Of a stretch of DNA of 64,000 bases, positions 47,863 to 57,536 are shown in pieces. The stretch lies in assembly GCA_049520915.1 (NCBI GenBank), contig JBEKPH010000006.1, positions 50,382-114,381 of the forward strand. Reading direction: 5' to 3'. The DNA is from Terriglobales bacterium (GTDB lineage: Bacteria; Acidobacteriota; Terriglobia; Terriglobales; Acidobacteriaceae). The position numbers were made by a program, and so were the translations under genes. The notes beneath the pieces are model-generated. The model did no database searches. It was not told the origin of the DNA and saw only the letters and a program-made list of their open reading frames with translations. Every line of letters begins with the position of its first letter. Within the stretch, counting starts at the first letter, position 1.

Positions 47863-49351
47863 GGTGCTCCGCATCCCCGTAATTAACATCGTTGCCTGCA
47901 TTCATCTCCGCACCAAAATCGAATGCGCGACCCAAAACAGCGTCGCCGCCGGATGCCGTGCCACTAATCGGAACCGAAAAAATCATTTCGCTATTGGGAT
48001 CAGTAACGAGCAGGGTCGCTGTCAGAGGCGCTGGACAGTTCCCCGGCGGCGTTCCCGGTGCGCAGATTTCAAGCGGCTGGAAGGTAACGCTGACGGCGCA
48101 GAATTGCCCTACGATCATCTGGAAGGGCTGCCCTCCCGACGGCAAGCCGTTCGCGCCGCAAGTGTCGGTCTCCGTAAAATTGAGCGCACCGCTATTGTTC
48201 GTTAGATTTAACGTCAAGTTCAGCGACGACGCGGAGCTATCGGTCAAGGTAATTACCTGCGTCGTTGCTGGCGCCCCGATCATTTGCGAAGAGAAGGTCA
48301 GATACGACGGAGCCAGAGTTATCGGCTCTTGGCAGGCGCTCGCTCCATTTAACGCAAGACAGATATTCCCGAAATCTCCGGAGACGGTTGTGCTGCTTAA
48401 GCTGCCCGGGCATGCGGTCGTCACGACCAAGTAAGACGGCCCGGCCCCCTGTAACACATAGCCCCCGCTCACGGATTGCAGGATCACAGGACTTATGCCC
48501 GTGCCGCCCAAGGAACCAAAGGGTTCGCCGATAAAGCCCCACTCGGTTCCGTCAGCTCCCACAAGTTGTAACGTCGTCAAGTTCCCACTAACTTGACCGG
48601 TTACGGAAGCACTCGCGAAGCAAGGATAGACACTCTTATTCGTCAGCACATTTACAAAACTCAAATTGCCGGATACGGCGGCGCTACTGGCGCCTGTGTT
48701 ATCTGCTTGGTTGAGTGCGCCCGATACCAGAAATTCCTGTTCATTCAGCCCCGCCGCCCCGCCCGCACTGTGAAACGTTCCTTGGATCGAACCCTCAAGC
48801 GGTGGCACAAAAATGGCGCTCCATTGCAGACCCGTCTGCGCGGTTCCGCACGGAGAGCCGTTGCCAGCCGTTCCCGCAGTCGAGTCATACGTCCCCGACA
48901 TCGACAAGCCATCCAGGCTCAACGTTCCTGACAGTGTGAAGGTTTGCGTTCCAGCGATCGCGGTGAGGCTCACCGCCTGATTCTCGAGAGTTCCGGTAAT
49001 CGGAGCAGAGCCGGTGCTGCACGGAACCAACAGGTTCGTCAGGGAGACTGCGTAGTTTGCGGATCCTTGTACAGCGCCCCTCGTTTGCAGAAGAAATCCG
49101 CCCTCGAGTCCGCCCAAAAATGAGCCATCGGAGGGAGGCGCCATCGTGAACTGCCAGTTGCCGGCTAGCGACAGATCCGGGGTGGGGTTCGAGTTGCTAC
49201 CGCCTCCACATGACGACAGCATCATCGTGCTCGCAACCAACACAACAAACAAACACACGTCGAGAAGTAAGGTCACGAAGGCGAGTCCGCGACTCCCGCT
49301 GCACTGCGTCCGTCTTTTATTCGTAGTCTCCATCACGTTGAACGAGGGCAT
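47846..49351 (-). CDS. Lipoprotein of unknown function (501 aa)
   Basis: ATG 49351 lies one nt after the receptor stop (alternative ATG 49333, METTNKRR). Lipobox MLSSC|GGG. LAGNWQFTMA, GSIQGTFHS, GDFGNICL, ACQEPITL. Confidence 0.75.
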   Translation of the reverse strand: MPSFNVMETTNKRRTQCSGSRGLAFVTLLLDVCLFVVLVASTMMLSSCGGGSNSNPTPDLSLAGNWQFTMAPPSDGSFLGGLEGGFLLQTRGAVQGSANYAVSLTNLLVPCSTGSAPITGTLENQAVSLTAIAGTQTFTLSGTLSLDGLSMSGTYDSTAGTAGNGSPCGTAQTGLQWSAIFVPPLEGSIQGTFHSAGGAAGLNEQEFLVSGALNQADNTGASSAAVSGNLSFVNVLTNKSVYPCFASASVTGQVSGNLTTLQLVGADGTEWGFIGEPFGSLGGTGISPVILQSVSGGYVLQGAGPSYLVVTTACPGSLSSTTVSGDFGNICLALNGASACQEPITLAPSYLTFSSQMIGAPATTQVITLTDSSASSLNLTLNLTNNSGALNFTETDTCGANGLPSGGQPFQMIVGQFCAVSVTFQPLEICAPGTPPGNCPAPLTATLLVTDPNSEMIFSVPISGTASGGDAVLGRAFDFGAEMNAGNDVNYGDAEHHAEIY

Positions 49352-49352
49352 C

Positions 49353-52300
49353 CTAGAAAGCCAACTTCAAACCAAACTGAATCGTGCGCGGGCGATGCGC
49401 GTCGAGCGGATGCAAGAAAGACGCTCCCGTAACGCAATCGCCACCGGAGCCGGCGCCGCCGCCACCTTTGAATCCCGCCGAATTCTGCGGACCGGCGTAG
49501 CAACTCACGATGTTGTTTCCGCTGCTGCCCGGGTTATCCGGATCGTAGACACGGAACTGGGTATGGTTGAGAACGTTAAAAGCTTCCGCGCGGAATTCCA
49601 GGACGCCCGATTCCCGTATCTTGAAATGCTTCAGCAAAGCCACATCGAAATTCAGCCGGCCCGGATTATTTAGGTAATTCCGTCCGGCATCTCCGAAGGT
49701 GAGCCCGCGGGGCGCAACGAACTGCGAAGGATTCGTAAGCAGCGGTCCGAAACTCGCTGCATTGTTCAGAGGCGCCGGCAGTCCCTTGGCGATGTCCGGA
49801 TACGATGCGGCTACACCGAGACCACTGGAAACTCCAGCATTGTCCGTCAGAGAAATTCCGGTGTTACCGGCACTGTTAATCACCGTATACGGCGTACCCG
49901 ACTGCATCAGCGTCACGCCCGAGAGTTCCCATCCGTCTAGAAACTTATTTGCAAGATCGGAGCAGCAGTGGGACTTGATCGAGTCGGGATCACTCGGCGT
50001 TCTCTCGTTGCCCCAGTCTGTGAAGCGCTTCGGAAAATCCTTGAGCGGAAGCTGATACACATAGCTGACGTTAAGCAAGTGCCGTTCGTCGAAATTCGAG
50101 CTGGCCTTGTTCTCCCGCAGATCGTAAGAATTCACCAGCACAGGATCGCTGCGATCCGAGGCATCGTCGATCGAGTGGCTGTAGGAATACGAAAGGCCAA
50201 CCGTGAGCGGCCCGCTTGTGCGTCGGATCGTGGTCTGCAGCGCGTGATAATTCGAATCTGCGACATTTTGTAACGACAACACCCGGCCCAAGCCTGGATA
50301 AGGCCGGCCGGGGAGAGAGTTCACGTTCGGAATATTTGGATTCGTACATGCCGCCTGCAAATGAACGTACGCTGGATTTTGCGGAGTAACCTGTGTGCCA
50401 TTCTGCAAAAGAAACGCCGTTGTCCCGTCGCCCGGAACTCCGCTTGCCCCCGGGGCTGCCACCGTGCACTCGGTAATCGTCAACGGCTCGTTCGGACCAA
50501 ACGGATTCTCATTAATCGGCAGAGGCGCTAGTTGGTTCAACTGACGTTCTACCGTCAGATGCGTCCCCTTGCTTCCGACGTACGCCAGATTGAGCACGAT
50601 GTTACTGCGCAATTCGCGCTGCACGCCGAAACTCCACTGCTGCGCGTAGGGCCACACGGCCTTGGTTGGAATGGATGTAACGTCGAGAGGAAAAACGGAT
50701 CCGCTCAGCGGCGCCGATCCACCGACTGGACTGTCGCAGCCGCTGTTCGACGGGTCGAAGGCCGCGCCATATCCAACGTTGCCGATGCAGGTGTAATTCA
50801 GCGGAAGCGGCTGTGTCATGCTGAGCACCGCGGGCGCGCTCGCCTCAAGCGATCCCGTATTGGCTTCGTTCCCGGTACCGTGTTCGAAGAAGATGCCGTA
50901 CCCGCCGCGGATTGAAGTCTTGCCGTCTCCAAAAGGATCCCAGGCAAAACCAACTCGCGGCGCCGGATTGAACAGATGACCTTTCATGCAGCTCGCGGGC
51001 GTTCCATCGAAGCCGCAGCGCACTAATCCCAAGTCGCTCACCACTCCGGGATCAATCTGGTACGTGACCGGATTAAACGGCACGGGCGTTGAGCCCGCGC
51101 TCTGGTCGAGCAGTTCTCCATAGATTGGATCGACCGCGAATCGTGTCGCGTTGAAGCGCGAGGCTTCCCAGTTCCATGCGTTGCGGTTTTTTTCGCTATA
51201 CGTTCCAAACAGACTTACTCGCACTCCCAGGTTCACGGTAAGTCGGGACGTAACCTTCCAGTCATCCTGAAAATAAGGCTCGGCGATCTGGTACCGCTGA
51301 TAATACCGGTGATTTGCCGAATCTTGAGTGAAGCTCTGGATAAAGCCGGCGGGTACGCCCCTAGGGTTGGCATCCGACTCCACCAGAAAGTCTGCAAAGG
51401 CATTTCCCGTGCTGTGTGCCAGATTGCTGTAAGTTAGAAGCCCTTGTAAGTCGCCGGACGCCGCACCGATCGCGTTATTATCCTGGTTGCGCTGCGAGTA
51501 GACGTACTGCGCTCCAAACTGCAATGTGTGTCTACCCAGCGCCTTGGCTATGTCATCTCTCGCGGCGTACGTGGGATTTGTGTGTCCCCACGGCATATAT
51601 GAAGGATCGGCCGCAAACCCTCTTCCGCCATAGGCCGCGTTCGTCCCCAGGAAGTTTAGTCCTGGCATCTTGCCACCAAAACCGTTGTTGAAGATGTGGC
51701 CAATAGCGCATTGCGGAAAGCCAGTCGCAGGATCGACACTCAGCGCCGGGTTGCATTGGCCTGGAGACGATGGATCAGTTACGAGCGGCTGGTCGAGCGT
51801 CGGATTCCGCTGAAACTGCGCGCCACCCGGGCCATTCTGGTCGGCCAATGTGATGCTGGAATTCACGTAGCTGACCACGATATCGTTCAAGAGAGTCGGT
51901 GAGATCGTGTGCGTGAAGCGCGCCACCAGGCTTGTGCCCGGCCCGAAGAATCGATTCTGAATGGTCGGAAATGTATCCCGGACCACTCCCCACTGCGGCG
52001 TCAGAACCGAGGTATCCCAGGCATCGTGAACATAACGAAATGAAGTTTTGAACTTATCGTTGAAGACGTGGTCAATCTTAAATAATTCCTCGCGCCAGTA
52101 AGTAGAAGGAGAAACGCTGGTGTTGTAGCAACGGTTCGGATCGGTCGGGTCGGGTGCGGCCGGATTGAAATTAGTGACTTTGAAGTTGCAACCGAAGGGC
52201 GCATTGGGCAACGGGATCAGATTCGAGTTCAATATCGCCAGTGCGTTCTTGTCCACAGAATAATGAGATTCAGCGCCTGGCTGCCCAACCTGTTCCAAAT

Positions 52301-53918
52301 GGTTGCTGTTAATCGTAACCGGACCAGCGCTTGTCTGGATTCCCGGGCAGTCCGGGAACAGCGAACGGAGAAAGGTGGAGCCTCCGCCGCCCAACGGGCA
52401 TACGTCACTAAAGTCGAAGTCCCGAAAAACGACACCGGTAGAACTGGTTTGCAGATTCTGCTGCACCCCGTTCGCAGTCAGAATCAGACCGCGTTCTTTT
52501 AAGCCGGGAACCGCCTGGTTATACTCTACCGGCGTCTTCTCTAGCCGAAATTCTTCGGAATAAAAGAAGAAGGTCTTATCTTTCCTAGTGTCGAAAACCC
52601 TCGGAATGTAGAGTGGCCCTCCGATCGTTCCACCAAAATCATGCCGCCGATATAACGGCGCCTTGTCACCAAACGTCTGACCCGGAGTAGTCGAGCCCGG
52701 CGCCGGCGGGGCCTGGTAGACGACATCGAAGAAATTGCGGGAATTAAACGCCTCGTTACGTATGAATTCGTAAAGATTTCCGTGGAACTTAGGAGTTCCC
52801 GACTTCGTGGTCACCTGTACCGTCCCCGATGCGGTGCGCCCGAACTGAGCGCCGTAATTCGAAGTTAAGACTTTTACTTCTTGAATCGCATCAAGGCTTG
52901 GATAGACCATCAGCGTGGCAGCCGCTCCGTTTAGCCCGGTATTCAACACGTCGCCGCCGTCGACTTCAAAGGTGTTGTACTCGACCCGTCCTCCGTTCAC
53001 GCTGTACTTAACGCTGCCTACGACTCCAACCTTCGCTTCATCTTGCCCGGTCTGATTGCTGACACCGGGAGCAAGCGCTATCAACTGCGTGAAGTTACGG
53101 CCGTTGAGTCCGATCGAGACCACTTCTTTTTGCGTGATCGTGCCAGAGACGCTGGCGCTCTCTGTCTCCACTTTGTCGACGCCGCCTTCTTCGACATTGA
53201 CCTCAGTTTTCGCGCTCTCGGGTTCCAGAGGAGCGTCCAAAGCCAGCTCCAAGCCGGCGGTCAGGGCAACATTGTCAAACACTTTCGGCGCAAACTCAGG
53301 AGCAGTTACAGTTAGGGTATAAGTTCCGGGCGCGAGATCGGTGAATGAGTAAACGCCTTTGGCGTCAACTGTCATTTCGCGTTTCTCGCTTGCGGGACCT
53401 GTCAACACGGCCTTCGCGGCCGTTACAACCGCGCCGCTTTGGTCAGTCGCCGTTCCGCTGATCGCGGCTTTATCTCCGGCGATTTTCTTCGTAGCAGGCG
53501 CGGCGGTCCGTTGCGCTTGCTCCGCACCTACCTCGACTGCCGGCGTGGCGCTGGCCGTTTCCATGACTGCGTCTAGCGTCAATTTCTTACCCGCCGTTAA
53601 GGTGAAGTTTTCGAAGACGGTATCAGCGAAATTCCCAACCGAAACTGTCAACGTGTAGATCCCTGGATTGAGCCCTGTGACTGAGTAAGCGCCATCGTCG
53701 TTGACCGCAACACTGAGGGTTGCTCCAAAAGAACTCGTGAGCACAGCCTTCGCATCGTGTAGGACAGCGCCGCTTTTGTCCGTTACCTTCCCGGTGACGA
53801 TGGCCTTATCCGACACGGCGCCCATCTGCTCCTGCGCGACGCCGACCCCAAGCCCCGTCAACATCAGCGCCAGGGCGCAGAAGGTCCGAATAGACCAAGA
53901 TGAAACGCAGAACCGCAC
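49353..53918 (-). CDS. TonB-dependent receptor-like outer membrane protein with two N-terminal carboxypeptidase-regulatory-like domains
   Basis: Start chosen at GTG 53918 (GGAG 8 nt upstream; signal RFCVSSWSIRTFCALALMLTGLGVGVAQ). Two copies of the GKVTDKSGAVL / GTATDQSGAVV...Y.LTV module. Plug motifs LNGRNFTQLIALAPGV, SVNGGRVEYNTFEVDG and TKSGTPKFHG. C-terminal ...RTIQFGLKLAF. Confidence 0.85.
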   Translation of the reverse strand: MRFCVSSWSIRTFCALALMLTGLGVGVAQEQMGAVSDKAIVTGKVTDKSGAVLHDAKAVLTSSFGATLSVAVNDDGAYSVTGLNPGIYTLTVSVGNFADTVFENFTLTAGKKLTLDAVMETASATPAVEVGAEQAQRTAAPATKKIAGDKAAISGTATDQSGAVVTAAKAVLTGPASEKREMTVDAKGVYSFTDLAPGTYTLTVTAPEFAPKVFDNVALTAGLELALDAPLEPESAKTEVNVEEGGVDKVETESASVSGTITQKEVVSIGLNGRNFTQLIALAPGVSNQTGQDEAKVGVVGSVKYSVNGGRVEYNTFEVDGGDVLNTGLNGAAATLMVYPSLDAIQEVKVLTSNYGAQFGRTASGTVQVTTKSGTPKFHGNLYEFIRNEAFNSRNFFDVVYQAPPAPGSTTPGQTFGDKAPLYRRHDFGGTIGGPLYIPRVFDTRKDKTFFFYSEEFRLEKTPVEYNQAVPGLKERGLILTANGVQQNLQTSSTGVVFRDFDFSDVCPLGGGGSTFLRSLFPDCPGIQTSAGPVTINSNHLEQVGQPGAESHYSVDKNALAILNSNLIPLPNAPFGCNFKVTNFNPAAPDPTDPNRCYNTSVSPSTYWREELFKIDHVFNDKFKTSFRYVHDAWDTSVLTPQWGVVRDTFPTIQNRFFGPGTSLVARFTHTISPTLLNDIVVSYVNSSITLADQNGPGGAQFQRNPTLDQPLVTDPSSPGQCNPALSVDPATGFPQCAIGHIFNNGFGGKMPGLNFLGTNAAYGGRGFAADPSYMPWGHTNPTYAARDDIAKALGRHTLQFGAQYVYSQRNQDNNAIGAASGDLQGLLTYSNLAHSTGNAFADFLVESDANPRGVPAGFIQSFTQDSANHRYYQRYQIAEPYFQDDWKVTSRLTVNLGVRVSLFGTYSEKNRNAWNWEASRFNATRFAVDPIYGELLDQSAGSTPVPFNPVTYQIDPGVVSDLGLVRCGFDGTPASCMKGHLFNPAPRVGFAWDPFGDGKTSIRGGYGIFFEHGTGNEANTGSLEASAPAVLSMTQPLPLNYTCIGNVGYGAAFDPSNSGCDSPVGGSAPLSGSVFPLDVTSIPTKAVWPYAQQWSFGVQRELRSNIVLNLAYVGSKGTHLTVERQLNQLAPLPINENPFGPNEPLTITECTVAAPGASGVPGDGTTAFLLQNGTQVTPQNPAYVHLQAACTNPNIPNVNSLPGRPYPGLGRVLSLQNVADSNYHALQTTIRRTSGPLTVGLSYSYSHSIDDASDRSDPVLVNSYDLRENKASSNFDERHLLNVSYVYQLPLKDFPKRFTDWGNERTPSDPDSIKSHCCSDLANKFLDGWELSGVTLMQSGTPYTVINSAGNTGISLTDNAGVSSGLGVAASYPDIAKGLPAPLNNAASFGPLLTNPSQFVAPRGLTFGDAGRNYLNNPGRLNFDVALLKHFKIRESGVLEFRAEAFNVLNHTQFRVYDPDNPGSSGNNIVSCYAGPQNSAGFKGGGGAGSGGDCVTGASFLHPLDAHRPRTIQFGLKLAF

Positions 53919-54492
53919 ACTTATGACTCCGGAATAAGTTGTCTTGAAAGGATGTAAAGGCAAGCCGGGATTGTATATGGGCGATTCGAGCGTCGAAGAT
54001 TAAAAGACTGTGAATTGTGCTTCGCTTGTGAGACGAGCAGCTTGTAACATTGGGTTCATAAGTCTTCCCAGCCCCTGTAACACTGCATTCACATTTCCTG
54101 TCCATTGCGGTCGGCCCTACGAGCTGATATCGGGGGTATACGAAGAACGCATGCTGACTCCTTGCGTCTAAGTCGCAGAAGATTACTCTGTACGGTTGGC
54201 CCAACTGAAGCTTCGATCTCACCATCTTATCGTTCAAGCAACTTTCACTAACTTGTCACAAAACCTTAACATCGCCAGACAAACGAACGGCTAGACTTCG
54301 GGCTGCAATTCAAGCTTCGCTGCGGTGGGTTGCGGATCGCTCGTCAACTACACCGCAGCACAATTCACTCAATTAACAAGGCCGTGAACGAACCGATGTG
54401 GCGGTGCGTAAGGGCGGGTTTTCATGCGTGTGGCGAATGCCCCATGTTCAGAACAACGTTTCACAAACCTATTACGAGAGGGATCAAAAGTT

Positions 54493-56304
54493 ATGTCGCG
54501 TATGAAATCAATTTTCGCTGGACTGTTGCTGACCGCGATCGTGTCCGTTGTGCCCATGGCACAGGCTGCGACCACAGTTGAAGTGACGATTGCGGGATCA
54601 TCGGCCATGTGGCAGACGATGGCTCTGGGCGCTTACAAGGCGGCCGGTGCGGGCGCCGGACACTGGACGAGCGCTTCCAATGCCATCAACCTGACCGACT
54701 CGCGTGTTACCCCCGTCAACGTCGACGCCGGCACTGTCTGGATCGTCTGGAATTCTACTGCTACCAAGGTATGGTCCTTCGACAAGGTTGACTCCGTCGT
54801 CGGAGATCGCTGCTACTTCGCTCAGCCGCAGTGCAGCGTGAACGCTACGTTGGCCAATCTCTCGGGCAGCGGTTCCAATCAGATTGCGTCCAACCTCTGG
54901 GGTGATGGCTCTTCGGACTCGGCTCTCCCCTCGAACGTTCAGTCGCTCTTCACCAACGGAACTCCCGTCACTGTTGCTGCAACCGATATTCGTCCGGAAG
55001 ACGCAGCCTTCGCAGTATGTCGCGTGAACTCTCTGCTAGGCGCGGGATCGTTTGGCGGCGGATCGAGCGACGGTCTCGACGGTCTCGGATACAACTCCAA
55101 CATCGCCGCGGGCGTCTGCCCTGGCGTGTTTGGCCAGGCGGGTGGTCTCGGATCGACGTCCGACTATGTTGGAAACCCGATCAAGAGCGGTTACCCAGGC
55201 AGCACTTCCACGGCAAACGTTCTATCATTCAATATCAAAGGTAAGGACCCCATCAGCGGCACGACTATTCCAGCCTTCACGGTTGTGGAAGTGGGCGCGA
55301 CACCAATCGTATTCATCACCGAACGCGACAAAGGACAATTGGCGAACCTCACCAACGCCACTGAGCAGGAATTGCAACAGGTTTTTTCAGGCAATAACTG
55401 CGATGCAAGCGCCTTTGGTTTGCCCTCGGGCGGCATCGGCGTTTTCCTGCGCGAACCCCTGTCGGGCACGTACAACACGACGGAAGCCACGGTCATGCGT
55501 CATGCCGCGGTTTATCCTGGCGCGATTCTTGGCGTGAGCATGGAAACGAATGTCGGCGCCAATAATCCTCTGGCCGGCCAGTCTTCGGCTTGCCCGGGAA
55601 CTTCCGGAAAGCGGTATCGTGCGATCGGTACCGGCGAGGAAGTGAAATCCGTTCAAAATTCCGGCGTAAACCTCGGCAGCGATGGAATCGGTTATACCTT
55701 CTTCAGTTACGGTAACGTAGGGTCGATCGCTAACAAGCCCGCCTATGGCTACATCACGCTGAACAACGTGGATCCAATCTTCGCCAGCTACGGACCGCAG
55801 GCTTCTACCGGCCTCGGATACGACCCCGGTGAGCCCGCCAGCGCAGGCACCCTGCCGGCCGCTGCCAACCTGCCTTGCAGTGGTGCATTCCCCTGCTCCG
55901 AGAAACTGATCTGGGCGGGCGGACTTTCCTTCCCGAACCTCCGCAACGGAACCTATCCGTCGTGGTCAATCGTGCGCCTGGTAAGCAACGGAACCGCGTT
56001 GGCGAATGCTAAGACTCTGGTTAAGGACTCACAAGCATTTGTTGTTGACTCAGTTCCCGACTATGTACCAGCCACCAAGACGGTCGGAACAACTACGACT
56101 GATCCTGGTCTGTTGTTGGTCCGCTCGCACTATCAGCAATATGATGGTGCCGACACCCTTTTGGGCGCGGCTCCTGTGAACAGCGGGACAACGGAAGCTG
56201 GCGGCGACATGGGCGGAACGATTCTCGTGTGCCCGACGCTTACCACTTGCCCCAAAACCACCCAGCAGGTTCAGGGTAACCAAGGTCTTCAGGTTCGACA
56301 GTAG
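54493..56304 (+). CDS. Secreted PstS/PBP-like (type 2 periplasmic binding fold) protein, unusually long (603 aa)
   Basis: ATG 54493 (GAGAGGGA upstream; signal MSRMKSIFAGLLLTAIVSVVPMAQA). The mature N-terminus TTVEVTIAGSSAMWQTMA resembles the PstS-family start (I.gaGSs). The rest is Gly/Ser-rich and not classifiable by eye. Confidence 0.55.
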   Translation: MSRMKSIFAGLLLTAIVSVVPMAQAATTVEVTIAGSSAMWQTMALGAYKAAGAGAGHWTSASNAINLTDSRVTPVNVDAGTVWIVWNSTATKVWSFDKVDSVVGDRCYFAQPQCSVNATLANLSGSGSNQIASNLWGDGSSDSALPSNVQSLFTNGTPVTVAATDIRPEDAAFAVCRVNSLLGAGSFGGGSSDGLDGLGYNSNIAAGVCPGVFGQAGGLGSTSDYVGNPIKSGYPGSTSTANVLSFNIKGKDPISGTTIPAFTVVEVGATPIVFITERDKGQLANLTNATEQELQQVFSGNNCDASAFGLPSGGIGVFLREPLSGTYNTTEATVMRHAAVYPGAILGVSMETNVGANNPLAGQSSACPGTSGKRYRAIGTGEEVKSVQNSGVNLGSDGIGYTFFSYGNVGSIANKPAYGYITLNNVDPIFASYGPQASTGLGYDPGEPASAGTLPAAANLPCSGAFPCSEKLIWAGGLSFPNLRNGTYPSWSIVRLVSNGTALANAKTLVKDSQAFVVDSVPDYVPATKTVGTTTTDPGLLLVRSHYQQYDGADTLLGAAPVNSGTTEAGGDMGGTILVCPTLTTCPKTTQQVQGNQGLQVRQ

Positions 56305-56333
56305 TCTGACCGAAACCGTTTTCATCGAACGCA

Positions 56334-56367
56334 GAAAGGCGGACCTGCAAGGGTCCGCCTCTTTCTT
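56334..56367 (+). terminator. Rho-independent terminator
   Basis: aggcggacc-tgcaag-ggtccgcct followed by ctttctt, 30 nt after the stop at 56304. Confidence 0.6.
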
Positions 56368-56507
56368 GTGATCTGCATTCCCCTCCTCCGGTTCTCCAAA
56401 CCACCAAGTCACAGAACATTAACAATCGGAAGGTATTCTCTTAATCTGCACAGTTACAAAAGGCGTTTTCTTCGCAGAGCGAACATTAACAAAACTGGGA
56501 AAGAGTT

Positions 56508-57509
56508 ATGTCCAATATTGTTTTTCATTTTCCATTCGGGGCCATATCCAAATCCATAAAGGCGCTCATTCTGATAAGCACAGCTCTTTTGACTGTTTCT
56601 ATCAGCGCTGCTCAACTCTTGCCGGCGCCTTCGCCGCTAGCCAACTCTTCCGATGCCCGCTTTAACGATGTCCATGAGGATTGGACCTCGCCCGCTCTCG
56701 CCGATACGCACCTTGTTCCGATCCAACCGCTTCTCGGGCTTATCGATGATAAGCCGCGATACACCGTCGAGTTGCTGCAAGTCCAATGGCGGCGAGGCGA
56801 TCCTATCGACCTGTACGTCATGAAGCCGAAGGGAGTCAAGAAGCCGCCGGTCATCCTATATCTCTACGGCTATCCGTCAACCACCGACATTTTCAGGAAC
56901 GACGCTTACGAAGATCTCGTAACGAAGAATGGCTTTGCCGCTGTTGGCTTCGTTTCCGCGCTCACCGGACATCGTTACCACGACCGTCCCCTGAAGCAGT
57001 GGTTTCTGAGTGAGCTTCAGGAGTCGCTCGCCACCTCCGCCCATGACGTACAGATGGTGTTGAACTATCTCGCATCTCGCGACGATCTCGACATGGATCG
57101 CATCGGCATGTTCGCCACCGGTTCGGGAGCCAGCATTGCCATCCTTACATCGGCCGTCGATCCCCGCATCAAGGTGCTCGAAGCCCTCGACCCGTGGAGC
57201 GACTGGCCCACATGGTTGGCCACTTCCCCATTCGTTCCCGAGGACGAACGGGCGCAGTACGTGACGCCCGATTTCCTGAAAAGAGTAGCGCCGCTCGACC
57301 CTTTAGAATGGTTGCCGAAAGTTCAGGCGAAGAAATTTCGTCTGGACGATGAGCTTTACGGTCGAGACACTCCCAACCCAGCCAAAGAGCGCTTACGGGC
57401 CGCTGTTCCCGATGGCGCCCGGGTAGTGGTCTACAACACGCCTAACGAATTCAAAGCAGCTTTCGCCGACGGCAAAAACCTGGAGTGGATTCAACACCAA
57501 CTCCAGTCG
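56508..57509 (+). CDS. Secreted alpha/beta hydrolase (dienelactone hydrolase / acetyl-xylan-esterase-like); the ORF lacks its own stop and runs into the integrase remnant
   Basis: Signal MSNIVFHFPFGAISKSIKALILISTALLTVSISAAQ. PPVILYLYGYP, the nucleophile elbow RIGMFATGSGASIA, then ...NLEWIQHQLQS. The track ORF continues to 58481. Confidence 0.65.
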
Positions 57510-57536
57510 CGTTCACTACCGGCAGCGACGACGAGC

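Noticed and set aside
54075-54104. Pho-box-like direct repeats (CTGTAAC ... CTGTCCA) in the receptor/PstS-like intergenic region.
   Set aside because: The repeats are 23 nt apart rather than at the 11-nt phasing of characterised Pho boxes, and each half deviates from CTGTCAT. This is too weak to call, although phosphate regulation remains a testable idea.
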